64,000 nucleotides of DNA, taken from the NCBI GenBank assembly GCA_963829055.1, contig CAWHHI010000004.1, positions 320,001 through 384,000 of the forward strand, in the 5' to 3' direction. Shown here in pieces: positions 1 through 11,931 of the stretch. This stretch comes from an uncultured Gemmatimonadaceae bacterium. Its GTDB lineage: Bacteria; Gemmatimonadota; Gemmatimonadetes; Gemmatimonadales; Gemmatimonadaceae. Within the stretch, counting starts at the first letter, position 1; every line of letters begins with the position of its first letter. A model generated the notes under the pieces. That model was not told the origin of the DNA. It worked only from the letters and a program-made list of their open reading frames with translations, and did no database searches. A program made the translations under genes and the position numbers.

Positions 1-257
1 GGCTACGCTCGAGAACGGACGAGGACGTGGATCTCGTGTTGATGGACGTCATGATGCCGGAGATGGACGGGTACGAAACAACACGAGCTATTCGGCAGAA
101 TCCACGGTTCCGAACGCTGCCGATCATCGCGCTCACCGCGAAGGCGATGAAGGGCGATCGCGAGAAGTGCATTGCGGCTGGCGCATCGGACTACATCACG
201 AAGCCGGTAGATACGGAGCAGCTGTTGTCGCTCATGCGCGTCTGGTTGTACCGATGA
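1..257 (+). CDS. C-terminal receiver domain of a (probably large hybrid) sensor kinase/response regulator, 5'-truncated by the window
   Basis: [16 protein letters not shown]...[31 protein letters not shown] is a canonical REC domain; stop at 257. Confidence 0.85.
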   Translation, partial: LRSRTDEDVDLVLMDVMMPEMDGYETTRAIRQNPRFRTLPIIALTAKAMKGDREKCIAAGASDYITKPVDTEQLLSLMRVWLYR

Positions 258-279
258 ATGCACGCGGCGGGGTCGGACG

Positions 280-1236
280 GTGAGCGTGGATCAACGTGGT
301 CCTGACGGCGCGGCGGCGGCTGAGGCGGCGGAGAAGGGCCGCCGTCGCGAGGACCGCTTGCGCGCTTCCATGGGCTCCAGGCAAACGGGGCCTGACGCGT
401 CACCGCCGGTCTCGTACGATCCGGAGCTGGAGCGTCTCGAGATCGAGCTGCTGCTCGAAGCCGTCTACCGACACTATGGCTTCGACTTTCGCTCGTACGC
501 GTACGCGTCCATCAGGCGTCGCCTCTGGCGTCGCATCGAAGCCGAGGGACTGACGACCGTCTCGGCGTTGCAGGATCGGGTGCTCCACGAGCCATCGATG
601 ATGGAGCAGCTGCTGCTGGACCTGTCGATCAACGTCACGGCAATGTTTCGCGACCCCACCTTCTACCTGGCGTTCCGGCAGAAGGTGATCCCGCTGTTGA
701 GGACGTATCCGTTTTTTCGGATATGGCATGCGGGGTGCTCGACAGGAGAGGAGGTCTATTCGATGGCCATTCTCCTCGAGGAAGAGGGTCTGTACGACCG
801 CGCGCGCATTTACGCCACGGACATCAACGAGGTCGTCGTCCATCGCGCGCGCGCCGGGATCTTTCCGCTCGAACGGATGCAGGAGTACACAGAGAACTAC
901 ATCCGCGCCGGTGGGACGCGTTCGTTCTCCGAGTATTACGTGGCGAAATACGATGGCGCGCTGTTCTCACCGGCGCTGCAGCGCAACGTCGTGTTCTCGC
1001 AGCACAACCTCGTCACCGATCGTTCGTTCGCCGAGTTCAACGTGATCCTCTGTCGCAACGTGCTCATCTACTTCGACCGGACGCTCCAGACGCGCGTGCA
1101 CGGACTCTTCTACGAGTCACTCGTGCATCTGGGCATTCTCTGTCTCGGCTCGAAGGAGACGCTGCGGCTGTCGGACTACGAGGCGTCGTACGACGAGTTG
1201 TCGGGTGCAGACCGGATTTACCGGAAGGTTCGGTAG
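280..1236 (+). CDS. cheR: CheR-type protein-glutamate O-methyltransferase
   Basis: YGFDFRSYA, INVTAMFRDP, RIWHAGCSTGEEVYS, ATDIN and ILCRNVLIYF motifs; the true start may be the ATG at 370. Confidence 0.93.
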   Translation: MSVDQRGPDGAAAAEAAEKGRRREDRLRASMGSRQTGPDASPPVSYDPELERLEIELLLEAVYRHYGFDFRSYAYASIRRRLWRRIEAEGLTTVSALQDRVLHEPSMMEQLLLDLSINVTAMFRDPTFYLAFRQKVIPLLRTYPFFRIWHAGCSTGEEVYSMAILLEEEGLYDRARIYATDINEVVVHRARAGIFPLERMQEYTENYIRAGGTRSFSEYYVAKYDGALFSPALQRNVVFSQHNLVTDRSFAEFNVILCRNVLIYFDRTLQTRVHGLFYESLVHLGILCLGSKETLRLSDYEASYDELSGADRIYRKVR

Positions 1237-1238
1237 TC

Positions 1239-1835
1239 GTGTACGAGATCATCGTGATCGGAACGTCGTGGGGCGGGTTGAGCGCGCTCTCCACGATCAT
1301 CTCGACTCTGCCGTCCACGTTCGCGTTGCCGATCGTCGTCGTGCAGCACCGCAGCCCTGACGCCGCGGGATTCCTCGCTGAGTTGCTGCAGGGCCGCACC
1401 AGCCTGCGCGTGGCGGAGGTCGATGACAAGATGACGATCGCTGCCGGTCACGTGTACGTCGCTCCACCGAACTATCATCTGCTCGTCGAACGCGGCTTCT
1501 TTTCCCTCACCACGGATGCGCCCGTGCGGTACAGTCGCCCGTCGATCGACGTCACGTTCGGCTCGGTGGCCGACGCCTACGGCCGTTCCGCCATCGGCAT
1601 CGTGCTCACCGGCGCGAACGAGGACGGCGCGTTAGGCCTGAAGCGCATCGCCGATCGCGGTGGGTACGCCATCGTCCAGGATCCGGAGACGGCTGAAGGC
1701 GCGATGATGCCGCGCGCGGCGTGGCGCCTGGTGCCGCGAGCCCGCGTGCTGCCACTCGAGCTCATCTCCAGCCACCTGGTGACCGTCGCTCCGGCGCGTC
1801 CGCCAGCGCAGACGCGGCGGGCTCCGTTCGCATGA
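1239..1835 (+). CDS. cheB: CheB methylesterase, catalytic domain only (no REC)
   Basis: GTSWGG (Ser), VVQH (His), SRPSIDV and LTGANEDG (Asp); GTG start 2 nt after the cheR stop. Confidence 0.9.
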   Translation: MYEIIVIGTSWGGLSALSTIISTLPSTFALPIVVVQHRSPDAAGFLAELLQGRTSLRVAEVDDKMTIAAGHVYVAPPNYHLLVERGFFSLTTDAPVRYSRPSIDVTFGSVADAYGRSAIGIVLTGANEDGALGLKRIADRGGYAIVQDPETAEGAMMPRAAWRLVPRARVLPLELISSHLVTVAPARPPAQTRRAPFA

Positions 1836-3511
1836 CGGCGACCATCGGCGAAGCCACAACCGCGCCTCCGAGCGGGGCGCACGATGAGCAGGTGAACATC
1901 CTGCTCGTGGACGACCGCGCGGAGAATCTCCTCGCGCTCGAGGCCATCCTCGAGCCGCTCGGTGAGCGTCTCGTGCGCGCGCACTCGGGTGATGAAGCGC
2001 TGAAGTGCCTGCTGACCGAAGAGTTCGCGGTCATCCTGCTCGACGTGCAGATGCCCGGGCTCAACGGATTCGAGACCGCGGAGCTGGTCAAGTCGCGCGA
2101 ACGCACACGCTTCGTGCCGATCATTTTCCTCACCGCCATCAGCAAGGACGAGGCGTACGTCTTCCGCGGCTACTCGGTTGGCGCCGTGGACTACATGTCG
2201 AAGCCGTTCCAGCCCGATGTGCTCCGGTCGAAGGTGTCCGTGTTCGTGGACCTGTATCGCAAGCAGCGGCAGCTCAAGCGACAGGAGCGGTTGCTGCGTG
2301 AGGCGGCCGTGCGCGAAGTCGAGCTGGAGCATCGCGCACGCCTGCTCGCGCAGGAAGCGCGGACCGCGCAGATCGTCAGCACGGCGATGGACGCCATTAT
2401 CGTGCTCGACGCGGACCGCTACATCGTGATGTTCAATGGCGCGGCGGAGCGCATGTTCGGGCGCGCGGCGTCGGAAGTCATCGAGCTGTGCGTCGACGAG
2501 CTCATTCCCGACGAGGCGCTCGATCAGGCCCTAACGAGGATCAGTGCGGCACCCGCCGCGGACGCCGGCGTGCCGGCACTGCTGTCGCTGCAAGGCGAAC
2601 GCGCCGGTGGCGAACACTTTCCGTTGGAGGCGTCGGTCTCCTGCCTCGACGTCGGCGGTGAGCGCAGCTTTGCCATCATCGCACGCGATGTCACCGACCG
2701 CGTTCGCGCGGAAGAGGCGTTGCGCACGCAGGCGGTTTCGATCGCGGAGAACGCAGCCGAGCTGCGCCAGTTGAACGACGAGCTCCAGGAACGGCAGCAG
2801 GATCTCGAGCGGGCGATGACGGCGCGCAACCGGTTCTACGCGTCGATGAGTCACGAGCTGCGCACGCCGATCAACGCCATCATCGGCTACAACACGCTCC
2901 TGCTCGATCACATCTACGGGCCGCTCAACGAGAAGCAGACGCACGGCCTGCAGCGAACGCACAAGGCGGCGAACCATCTGCTCGAGCTGGTGAACGACGT
3001 GCTCGATCTCTCGAAGATCGAGGCGGGCAAGATCGAGCTCACCTTGCAGCCTGTGCCTTTTCCGGGCCTCATCGAGGATCTCTTCGTCACGGTCCGCCCA
3101 CTTGCCGATGAGCACGAGACTCGGCTGGAGCTCAGGGTCGATGGTGATCCCAAGGCGATCATCAGCGACCCGCGTCGCGTCCGGCAGATTCTGTTGAACC
3201 TGCTCTCGAACGCCATCAAGTTCGGCCGCGGCAAGCCGATCCAGGTCGACCTCACCCTTGGCGCCAGCGACCATATAGAGGTTGCGGTCACCGATCAGGG
3301 TGAGGGCATCGATCCCGATGACCTGCCTCGCATCTTCGATGAGTTCGTGCAGCTGTCGAATTCGCAGCAACTGGGCGGCACTGGGTTGGGCCTGCCAATT
3401 TCCAAGCGCCTCGCGACGCTTCTCGGCGGCGAGCTCCGCGTGTCTTCGGAGCGAGGCAAGGGAAGTACATTCCGGCTCACGCTGCCGGAGCGCATCGGCA
3501 TGACCGAGTAG
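1832..3511 (+). CDS. REC-PAS-HisKA-HATPase hybrid histidine kinase
   Basis: ILLVDDR/LLDVQMP receiver, PAS domain (DAIIVLD...FNGAAERMFG), MSHELRTP H-box, NLLSNAIKF, GTGLGL; ATGA overlap with cheB. Confidence 0.93.
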   Translation: MTATIGEATTAPPSGAHDEQVNILLVDDRAENLLALEAILEPLGERLVRAHSGDEALKCLLTEEFAVILLDVQMPGLNGFETAELVKSRERTRFVPIIFLTAISKDEAYVFRGYSVGAVDYMSKPFQPDVLRSKVSVFVDLYRKQRQLKRQERLLREAAVREVELEHRARLLAQEARTAQIVSTAMDAIIVLDADRYIVMFNGAAERMFGRAASEVIELCVDELIPDEALDQALTRISAAPAADAGVPALLSLQGERAGGEHFPLEASVSCLDVGGERSFAIIARDVTDRVRAEEALRTQAVSIAENAAELRQLNDELQERQQDLERAMTARNRFYASMSHELRTPINAIIGYNTLLLDHIYGPLNEKQTHGLQRTHKAANHLLELVNDVLDLSKIEAGKIELTLQPVPFPGLIEDLFVTVRPLADEHETRLELRVDGDPKAIISDPRRVRQILLNLLSNAIKFGRGKPIQVDLTLGASDHIEVAVTDQGEGIDPDDLPRIFDEFVQLSNSQQLGGTGLGLPISKRLATLLGGELRVSSERGKGSTFRLTLPERIGMTE

Positions 3512-3746
3512 CACGGAGAGTCGCAAAGCACCCGGGTTGCTGTTCGCGGCTCGTGCCGGCTTCTAGTTTTAGTTGTCGGTCGATAGCTGATAGCTTTTCG
3601 CCCGTTGATCGGCGAACATTCCACGCAATATTGGACACGCACGCGAATAGCCGGGGCCGGTCGCTTGGTCTCGACTGAACCAATCGCATTGTCCGACGGT
3701 ACCACTCGGCGAGTCCTTCGTCGCCATTGCGCGTGACCGGACGAAA

Positions 3747-4213
3747 GTGAATGTCACCAGTGTTCAGCGAGTGAGCGCATTGAAGGCTTTGTGTGTTGGT
3801 CGGCATCGCTATCTCAGCGATCACTTCGGGCGGTTCTTCCGGAAGCTCGGAGTGGACGCCGTCGAGCGTCGTTGGTGTGATGGATGCGATTGGATGCGGC
3901 GCGCGATCATCGGCCCGACATCGTGTTCTGTGAGTACGACCTGTCTGGCTACCGTTCCGCTGGAACCGTGGGAACGCGATCCATTTCTCTCGCGCTTGCC
4001 GGTGATCGCCGTGAGTCTCACGCGTCGCTCGGACGAGATGCATCTGCTCGACATCAACAACATCGCCGGCTTCTTCTATCTGCCGTCGCTCACCGAAGAC
4101 GACGCGCGTCAAGCTGTTGCACGTTGTGCGACCGAGCGCGGGGTATTCCTTGCAGTCATCACTGCAGTCGATCCGTCGAACGACCATCGCCCACGTCGTC
4201 GCCTCGCGCCTGA
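3747..4213 (+). CDS. Degenerate (pseudo-)receiver-like protein, frameshifted
   Basis: Stitching ORFs 3747 and 3884 gives ALCVGRH...RDHRPDIVFCEYDL...LPVIAVS...AGFFYLP, which has receiver-like spacing but lacks the canonical residues. Confidence 0.5.
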
Positions 4214-4380
4214 CGAGTGCTCACTCGGCAAGTCGTCGGCGTCGATTCGGCGGACATGCGGTTGCGCGTGCATCATGATTCATTATCATTCGCCCGCGTT
4301 TTCGTACGTTCGTGAACGCGCGCGACGCAAGCGGGATTCACGGGCGCGCGGTGCCGGCGACGGAGCAGGAACGGCGAGCT

Positions 4381-5984
4381 TTGAAAACGCCTGACGTGAA
4401 ATCGAAGGGAATCGATCGCCCGGCGCAGACCGAGGCGCTGCTGTCCGCTGCAGGACTCGATGTGCTCGGCGCGCTGAGCACCGGGATCGTCTGCGTCCTT
4501 CCTGACGGAACAATCTCCGCGGTGAACGATGCCGCGGCAGAAGCGCTCGCCGCGGACTCGCGACAGATCGGCTCCGATTTCTGGAGCTCGTTCCCAGCGC
4601 TGCACGACGGTCGCGGACACGATCACATCGCCGCGACCATCCTCGACGGCGCCCCGCGTGTGTTCCACGCCGCGCTCCCCGGTGGACACGCCGATGCGGT
4701 GCACGAGATCCGCGTCGCGCGCACTCGCGCCGGCTGGCTCGTGTTCGAGATTCGCGAGACGACACATCAGACGCGCGACTCGTCTGGCGAGGAAGGCGAG
4801 CCGCTCCGCGAGATCGCGCGCCGCATGGCGGCTGGCTCGGACTCCGAGGCGCTGCTCTGCGTGCTCTGCGACGCCGCGCGCGAGATCGCCGGCGCGGACG
4901 GCGCGGCCGTCGCTCGGCTGGCGGGAGCGGACGGCATCGTCGTCGCGTCGTCAGGCAGCGAGGCGCCTGACGAGGGCACGTTGTTCGGCATGGTCGACTC
5001 GCTCGCCGGGAACGCGCTGCGCAGTCGCAACCTGATCGTCGAGCAGGACGATCCTTCGCTCGCCTGGCCGGTCTTTGCACCCGACGCGAAGCGTCGGTGA
5101 GGTCGCCGTGGCGCCGCTCATCGCCGCGGACCAGCCGGTCGGCGTGCTGTGCGCGTGGCACTCGCGATCGACGGCGACGTCTTCTCGCAGCGGGATCGAC
5201 AGCGGCTGCGGACAATCGCCGATCACGCGGCCGTCGTGCTCGTGAAGGCGCGACTGCTCGAGGAAGCACAGGCGGCCACGCACGCGAAGGGCGTCGTTCC
5301 TCGCCACGATCTCGCACGAGCTGCGGACGCCGCTCACGGCACTCGCGGGCTACGGCGAGCTGCTCGCGGACGAGATCCTCGGCCCGCTCAGCACGCATCA
5401 GCTGGATATGGTCGACCGCATGCGGTCGGTGACGCATCAGCTCGGGGTCATGGTCGATGAGCTGCTGACGTTCTCGGCGCTCGAAGCGGGGCGCGAGATC
5501 GTCCACGCGCGGACGTGTCGACTGGCCGATATCATGGAAGCGGTGACAACTGTCATCGAGCCGCTCGCACGACAGAAGGATCTCGCCCTCACGTGACGCT
5601 GCCGGAGCGCGCGACCTGGCTGCTACACGGACGGGGAAAAGGTCCGGCAGATCCTGGTGAACCTGATGGGCAACGCCGTCAAGTTCACGGACAGTGGCAG
5701 GTGACGCTGAGCGCGTCGCGCGTCGTAACGGCGAGGTGCACGATCGACGTGCAGCGACACGGGCATCGGCATCAGACGAATTCGATCTCGGCAGGCTCTT
5801 CCAGCCATTCACGCAGCTCGACGCCGGGCTCACTCGCCGTCATGGCGGCACGGGGCTCGGGCTCTACAACTCCAGTCGCCTCGCCCGACTGCTCGGCGGC
5901 CATATCGACGTCGACCTCCGCGCCCGGGGCGAGGGCAGCACGTTCAGCCTGATCATCCCGGCCCGGTACAGCACGCTCGGGTAG
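4381..5984 (+). CDS. PAS/GAF sensor histidine kinase, frameshifted
   Basis: PAS-like (DGTISAVNDAAA) and GAF-like segments, then FLATISHELRTP, QILVNLMGNAVKF and FQPFTQLD...GGTGLGL across several frames. Confidence 0.8.
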
Positions 5985-6005
5985 CCGGGGTCATTCCGAG
6001 TCGGG

Positions 6006-6137
6006 TGTCATTCCGAGCGAGCGGAGCGAGTCGAGGAATCGAGACTCTGCCCGGAGACGAGCCCTCTACCCGCATGATCGCGATTCCTCGACTCCGCGCC
6101 TTCGCGCTCCGCTCGATGCACCCGGCTCGGAATGACA
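6006..6137. repeat. GTCATTCCGAG...CTCGGAATGAC palindromic repeat, copy A
   Basis: Terminal inverted repeat TGTCATTCCGAGC/GCTCGGAATGACA, inner pair GAGGAATCG/CGATTCCTC; partial duplicate of the left end at 5990-6000. Confidence 0.85.
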
Positions 6138-6165
6138 ACCGGCTCGCCGAAGTTAGATTTCTTTC

Positions 6166-8940
6166 ATGTCCAGCGCCCCTATTACGAGCGTGTACAACGA
6201 CGGCTACATCGCCGAGGTCTACGAGGCGTACCGTCGCGACCCGGCGTCCGTCGACGAGTCCTGGCGCCAGTTCTTCCGCTTCGCGGAGCAGCTCGGTGGG
6301 TCCGCTTCGACGTCCACCACAGTTGCCGCGGACCCGGTCTACCTTCGAAAGGTCGCCGGCGCGGCGGCACTCGTCGACGCGATTCGACAGTACGGTCATC
6401 TCGCCGTGCAGCTCGATCCGCTCGGATCGTCGCCACCCGGCGCCGCTGAGCTGACTCCGGAGTTCCACGGCATCACCGAAGCCGACCTGCAGCTCGTGCC
6501 GGCGCTCGCGCTCGGCTTCGACGTCGGGACGGCCGCGGACGTCACCGCGCGTCTTCGCGATCTCTACTCGTCGACGATGGGCTTCGAGTTCGCGCACCTC
6601 GGCGAGGAGAACGGAGCGCGAGTGGTTCCGCGAGACGATCGAGCACGAGACAGCTCGCGCGATACCTAACGCCGGAAGAGAAGCGCGCCATCCTCGAGCG
6701 CCTGAGCGAGGTGGACGGTCTCGAGCGCTTCATCGGTCGCGCGTGGGTGAACATGAAGCGGTTCTCCATCGAGGGAACCGACGCGCTCGTGCCGATGCTC
6801 GACGTCGCTCATCGAGGAGTCCGCGCCGCGCGGGCGCGCGCGAGGTCGTGATCGGCATGGCGCATCGCGGACGCATCAACGTCCTCACGCACATCCTCGG
6901 CAAGCCGTACGCGACCGTGTTCGGCGAGTTCGACGGCAAGCACGCCGCCGCGTCCGCCGAGAGCGAGACGGGCGACGTGAAGTACCACCTTGGCGCTCGC
7001 ACGGAGCGCGACGCTCGCCGATGGTCGAACGGTCGGCGTGCAGCTCGTGCCGAATCCGAGCCATCTCGAGGTCGTGAATCCGGTGCTCACGGGCGTCGCG
7101 CGCGCGCGGCAGCGCGTGACGGCCGGCGAGCGCCTGACGAGTGAGCTCGACGCGCTCGCGGTGGTGCCCGTGCTCGTGCACGGCGACGCCGCGTTCCCGG
7201 GCGAGGGCGTCGTGGCCGAGACGCTGAACATGTCGCGGCTCCGCGGCTACACGGTCGGTGGCTCGCTGCACATCATCGTCGAACAACCAGGTCGGCTTCA
7301 CGACCGATCCGACCGACGCGCGCTCCACGCACTACGCGAGCGATCTCGCGAAGGGCTTCGAGATCCCGATCGTCCACGTGAACGCCGACGATCTGGAGGC
7401 GTGCATCGCGGCGGTGCGGCTCGGCGTCGCGTATCGCACGAAGTTCAGGAAGGACTTCCTCATCGATCTCGTCGGCTATCGTCGTCACGGCCACAACGAG
7501 GGCGACGAGCCGACGTTCACGCAGCCGACGCTGTACGCGACGATCAAGGCGCATCCCACGACGCGGCAGGTGTGGGGCGAGCGGCTGGTGCGCGAAGGCG
7601 TCGTGACGCGGAGGACGTGCAGGCGGCCGAGCGCGACGTCGCGCAGCAGCTCGAGGAGACGTACGACGAGGTCGAAGAAGGCGACGCACGGAGGACGATC
7701 ACGAGATCGAGTGGCGACAAGGCGCCGCCTCCGACGGATCGTCGAGACGGCAGTGCGCGCCGAGCAGCTCGTCGCGCTGAACGAACAGCTGCTGGCCTGG
7801 CCCACGGGCTTCAGCGCGCATCCACGGCTCGCGAAACAGCTCGAGCGCCGTCGCGACGCGATGGGCGAAGCTGGCGGCATCGACTGGGGGCATGCCGAGT
7901 CGCTCGCGTTCGCCTCGCTGCTCGCCGAGGGGACGTCGGTCCGGCTGTCGGGCCAGGACGCCGAGCGCGGAACGTTCTCGCATCGTCACGCGGTGCTGCA
8001 CGACCCGAACACCGGCCAGACGTTCACGCCGCTGCAGCACCTGCCTAACGCCAGCGGGCAGTTCGAGATCTACAACAGCCCGCTGTCCGAGACGGGCGTG
8101 CTCGGCTTCGAGTACGGCTACAGCACCGCGGCCGACGATACGCTGGTGCTCTGGGAAGCGCAGTTCGGCGACTTCGTGAACGTCGCGCAGCCGATCATCG
8201 ACCAGTTCATCGCCGCCGACCGCGCCAAGTGGGCGCAGGATTCCGGCGTCGTGCATGCTGCTGCCGCACGGCTACGAAGGGCAGGGGCCGGAGCACTCGA
8301 GCGCACGTCTCGAGCGCTTCCTCCAGCTCTGTGCCGACGGGAACCTGCGCGTCGCGTATCCGTCGCACGCCGGCGCAGTACTTCCACATTCTGCGTCGTC
8401 AGGCGAAGTCGGATTCGCGACGTCCGCTGATGCTGATGCAGCCCAAGAGCCTTCTGCGCCTTCCGCAGGCGGCGTCGCGGCTCGAGGATCTCGCGAACGG
8501 CCGATTCGCGTCGGTGATCGACGATCAGATCGGTCGGTGATCGGCGCGATGACGTGCAGCGCGTCGTGTTCTGCACCGGCAAGATGTTACTACGATCTCA
8601 ACGGCGAAGGAGCGTCCGGCGAACGTCGCGATCGCGCGCGTCGAGGAGCTGTATCCGTGGCCGGCGCGAGCAGGTCTCGCGCATCGTCGACCTCTATCCG
8701 CAACGTCGACCGAAGTCGTCTGGGCGCAGGAAGAGCCGAAGAACATGGGCGCGTGGAGCTACGTGTGCGCCGCGGCTGCGTGCCTGCACGGGCAACGCGA
8801 TGCTCATTCGCTACATCGGGCGTCCGGAGCGCGCGAGCCCGGCGGAAGGGTACCTGACGTCGCATCAGGAAGAGCAGGCGCGCATCGTCACCGATGCGCT
8901 CGAGGTGCCAGCGAAGCGAAAGGCGGCAGCACGGTCGTAA
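6166..8940 (+). CDS. sucA: 2-oxoglutarate dehydrogenase E1 component, frameshifted
   Basis: [90 protein letters not shown] and [10 protein letters not shown]. Confidence 0.93.
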
Positions 8941-8971
8941 TCGACGCGCTGCCATCCCGAGGAACGACACC

Positions 8972-11700
8972 GTGCGGTCAGGCGTTGAACGCTCGGCGGT
9001 GCGTCTGCCGCCGTCGGCAGTGCTGTTGCTCTTGGCGCGCTCACGGCGCCGCCTGCCCTCCCGGGCGCAGGGCATCCCGCGACTCGACGAGGCGATCTCG
9101 GGCCTGTCCGTTCCCATGCGTGTGCTCGTCATCGCCGCGCACCCGGACGATGAGGACACGCAGCTCATCACGTGGCTCGCGCGCGGGCGGCACGTCGAGA
9201 CGGCGTACCTCTCGCTCACGCGCGGCGACGGCGGTCAGAACCTGCTCGGCAACGAGCTCGGCGATGCGTTAGGCGCCATCCGCACCGAGGAGCTGCTCGC
9301 GGCGCGACGCATCGATGGCGGCCGCCAGTACTTCACGCGCGCGTACGACTTCGGTTTCTCGAAGACGTCCGACGAGACGTTCCGGCACTGGCCGAGGGAC
9401 TCGATCCTCCGCGACGTCGTGACGGTCGTGCGGTCGTTCAAGCCGCACGTCATCGTCGCGCATGTTCTCCGGCACGCCGCGCGACGGCCACGGGCACCAT
9501 CAGGCGTCGGGCATTCTCGCGCGCGAGGCGTACGACGTCGCGGGTGACACGGTGCGATTCCCGGCGAGCGTCACCGCATGGGCTGGCGCCGTGGACGCCG
9601 CTCAAGTTCTATCGCGGTGCGTGGTCGGCGCAGCGGCGACAGACCCGGTGCTGCGCATCAACGTCGGCGAGTTCGATCCGATGCTCGGGCGCTCGTACGC
9701 CGAGATCGCGGCGGAGAGCCGGTCGCAGCACAAGTCGCAGGCGTTCGGGTCGCTCCAGCCGAAGGGCGCGCGATTCACGCAGGTGCGTCGCGAGGCGACG
9801 CGCGTGAACGAGTCGCAGGCGCCGGGAACGGAGAAGTCGCTGTTCGACGGCATCGACACGACGTGGGCGCGGTTCAGGACGTCCGACAACGTCGCCGGAG
9901 GTCGCGCGCGCTCGTCGATTCGCTTCCGCGGCCAGTTGCGGCAAGCGCAGGCGTCGCCGTACCTCCGCGACGCCGGCCTCGGCCGTGCCGGCGCTGCACG
10001 CGCTGTGCTGAGCCTGGCGCTCCGTGCGCACGACGCCGACAGCGGCATCTCGGCGCGTCCGGGTCGCCTGACGCCGCGGCGAGCGCGAACGTCGGGCGAC
10101 TTGCCGATCTGGACGAGGCGCTCCGCATCGAGCAGAACGGTGAAGCGCGCTCGCGCTAGCGAGCGGGGTCGCGGTCGAGGCGAGGCGGAGCCGCGCGATC
10201 AGTCGCGACGGCGACAGCGCTCGCCGCTCACAGCTCACGGTCTACAATCGCGGCACGGTCCGGTCGACGCAAGCCCGGAGTCCGTTCTACATCGTGCGTG
10301 CCGAAGCGTGGCCGCTCGCTGAGCGGCGGAATGCGCAGCGCTCGCCGTGCTCGGGCGACGAGCACAGCTACCATTCTCCCCGACAGCGCGCGCACGTGGC
10401 GCGCTGGGTCGTGTGCGCGCCGAGCGGCTCGGCGCACTCGCCGTACTGGCTGAGTCGGACGGCGCGCCGGGCGACATGTTCCGGCACGCGCGAGCCTGGT
10501 CGAAATCCGAGAGCGCAGGCGACGGCGGGCGCAGTCGTGTGGGTCCGTCCAGTTGCCGGGTGACCCGACTGCTCGGCAAGCCGGTTCGACATCGACGACG
10601 CCGATCGTGTATCCGCTACGCCGATCCGCTGCGTGGCGATGTGAGTCGCCCGCTGGCGTTACGTGCCCGAGGTGTCGGTGACGCTCGATCGGGCGATCGA
10701 GTACGCGCCCGCGCGCACGCCACTCGTCAGGCAGCTTCGCGTGGAGCTCCGCTCGGCCGCCACGACGTCGCGGGATGTTCGCGTCTCGCTGCAGCTCCCC
10801 GCCGGCCTTCGCGCCGACTCGGCCACGCGGATCGGTGACGCTGCCGGCGTACGACGCGGTGCGCAGTGCGACGTTCACGGTGCGCGGTGAGCTTCCGGCC
10901 GGGTCGACACACGATCTCCGTCGTCGCGGAGTCGAACGGGAAGCGCTTCACGCAACGGCTACACGGCGATCGAGTACGATCACATTCGCCCGCAGCGGCT
11001 GTATCGCGATGCGGCCGTCGCGATCGAAGCGGTCGATCTCAAGGTGCCGCCGACGCGGTCATCGCGTACATCCAGGGCGTCGGCGACAACTCGGCCGCCA
11101 TGCTGCAGCAGCTCGGGTTGCGCGTCACGACGCTCAACCCGGCCGACATCCCGAAGACGGATCTGTCCCGGTACAACGCGATCGTCGTCGGCACGCGCGC
11201 GTACGAGTCGAACGACGCGCTCGTGGCGAACAACGCGGCGCTGCTCGACTACGTGAAGCAGCGGCGGGACGATGGTCGTGCAATACGGGCAGACGAGATG
11301 ACAGCAGCCCGGGCATCATGCCGTATCCGATCACGCTCGCGCGGCCGGCGGATCGAGTGACGGACGAGGCGAGTCCGATCCGCATGCTCGACCCGAAGGC
11401 GCGGGTGCTGACGTACCCGAACGCGATCACGGACGCGGACTTCGCGGGCTGGATTGCAGGACCGTTCGCTGTACATGCCGCGCACGCATGCCGCGGAGTA
11501 CGCCGCGGTGCTCTCGACGAACGACCCGGGCGAGCACACCTAACGATGGGGCGATCCTGGTGGCGAAGTACGGCGCGGGGACGTACGTGTACACGACGCT
11601 GGCGTTCTTCCGTCAGCTGCCTAACGGTGTCCCGGGCGCGGCGCGCCTGTTCGTGAACCTGCTGGCCGCGAAGGCGCCGGATAAGACTGTGGTGCCGTGA
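8972..11700 (+). CDS. Secreted PIG-L/LmbE-family deacetylase with C-terminal extension, frameshifted; start approximate
   Basis: AAHPDDED, LTRGDGGQN, RTEELLAARRIDG, HGHHQASG, SRSQHKSQ, YDHIRP and YTTLAFFRQLP. Confidence 0.85.
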
Positions 11701-11910
11701 GGGAGGCCGGAGGAAGGAGGCCGGAGGACGGAGCGGAGGCGGAGGCGGACGGCGGAGGCGGGCGACCCGAGCGGCAGCGTGTCATCCCGAGCGGCAGCGA
11801 GGGATCTCCTCGGAAGTCTCGGGGCCAGTCCGGCCACGATGTCCTCCGGAGATCCCTCGCTGCGCTCGGGATGACAGCTCCACCGTCCGCCGTCCGGCCT
11901 CCGTCTCCTA
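11701..11910. repeat. Compound hairpin: GGAGGMC-type heptamer arms around palindromic repeat copy B (11780-11876), between convergent genes
   Basis: TGTCATCCCGAGCG...CGCTCGGGATGACA, inner GAGGGATCTCC/GGAGATCCCTC, outer GGCGGACGGCGG and CCGTCCGCCGTCC arms. Confidence 0.8.
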
Positions 11911-11931
11911 AGGCCTGCCTGCCTGACGGCC

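Noticed and set aside
4286..5833. Long Arg/Ala/Pro-rich ORFs in the six-frame track (also 35375-36430, 54211-55797, 55118-56308)
   Set aside because: These are antisense or off-frame shadows of real genes in high-GC DNA.
6166..8940. sucA, the nad genes and others as true pseudogenes or programmed frameshifts
   Set aside because: Indels are scattered across unrelated core genes with no consistent slippery motif, so sequencing error is the simpler explanation.
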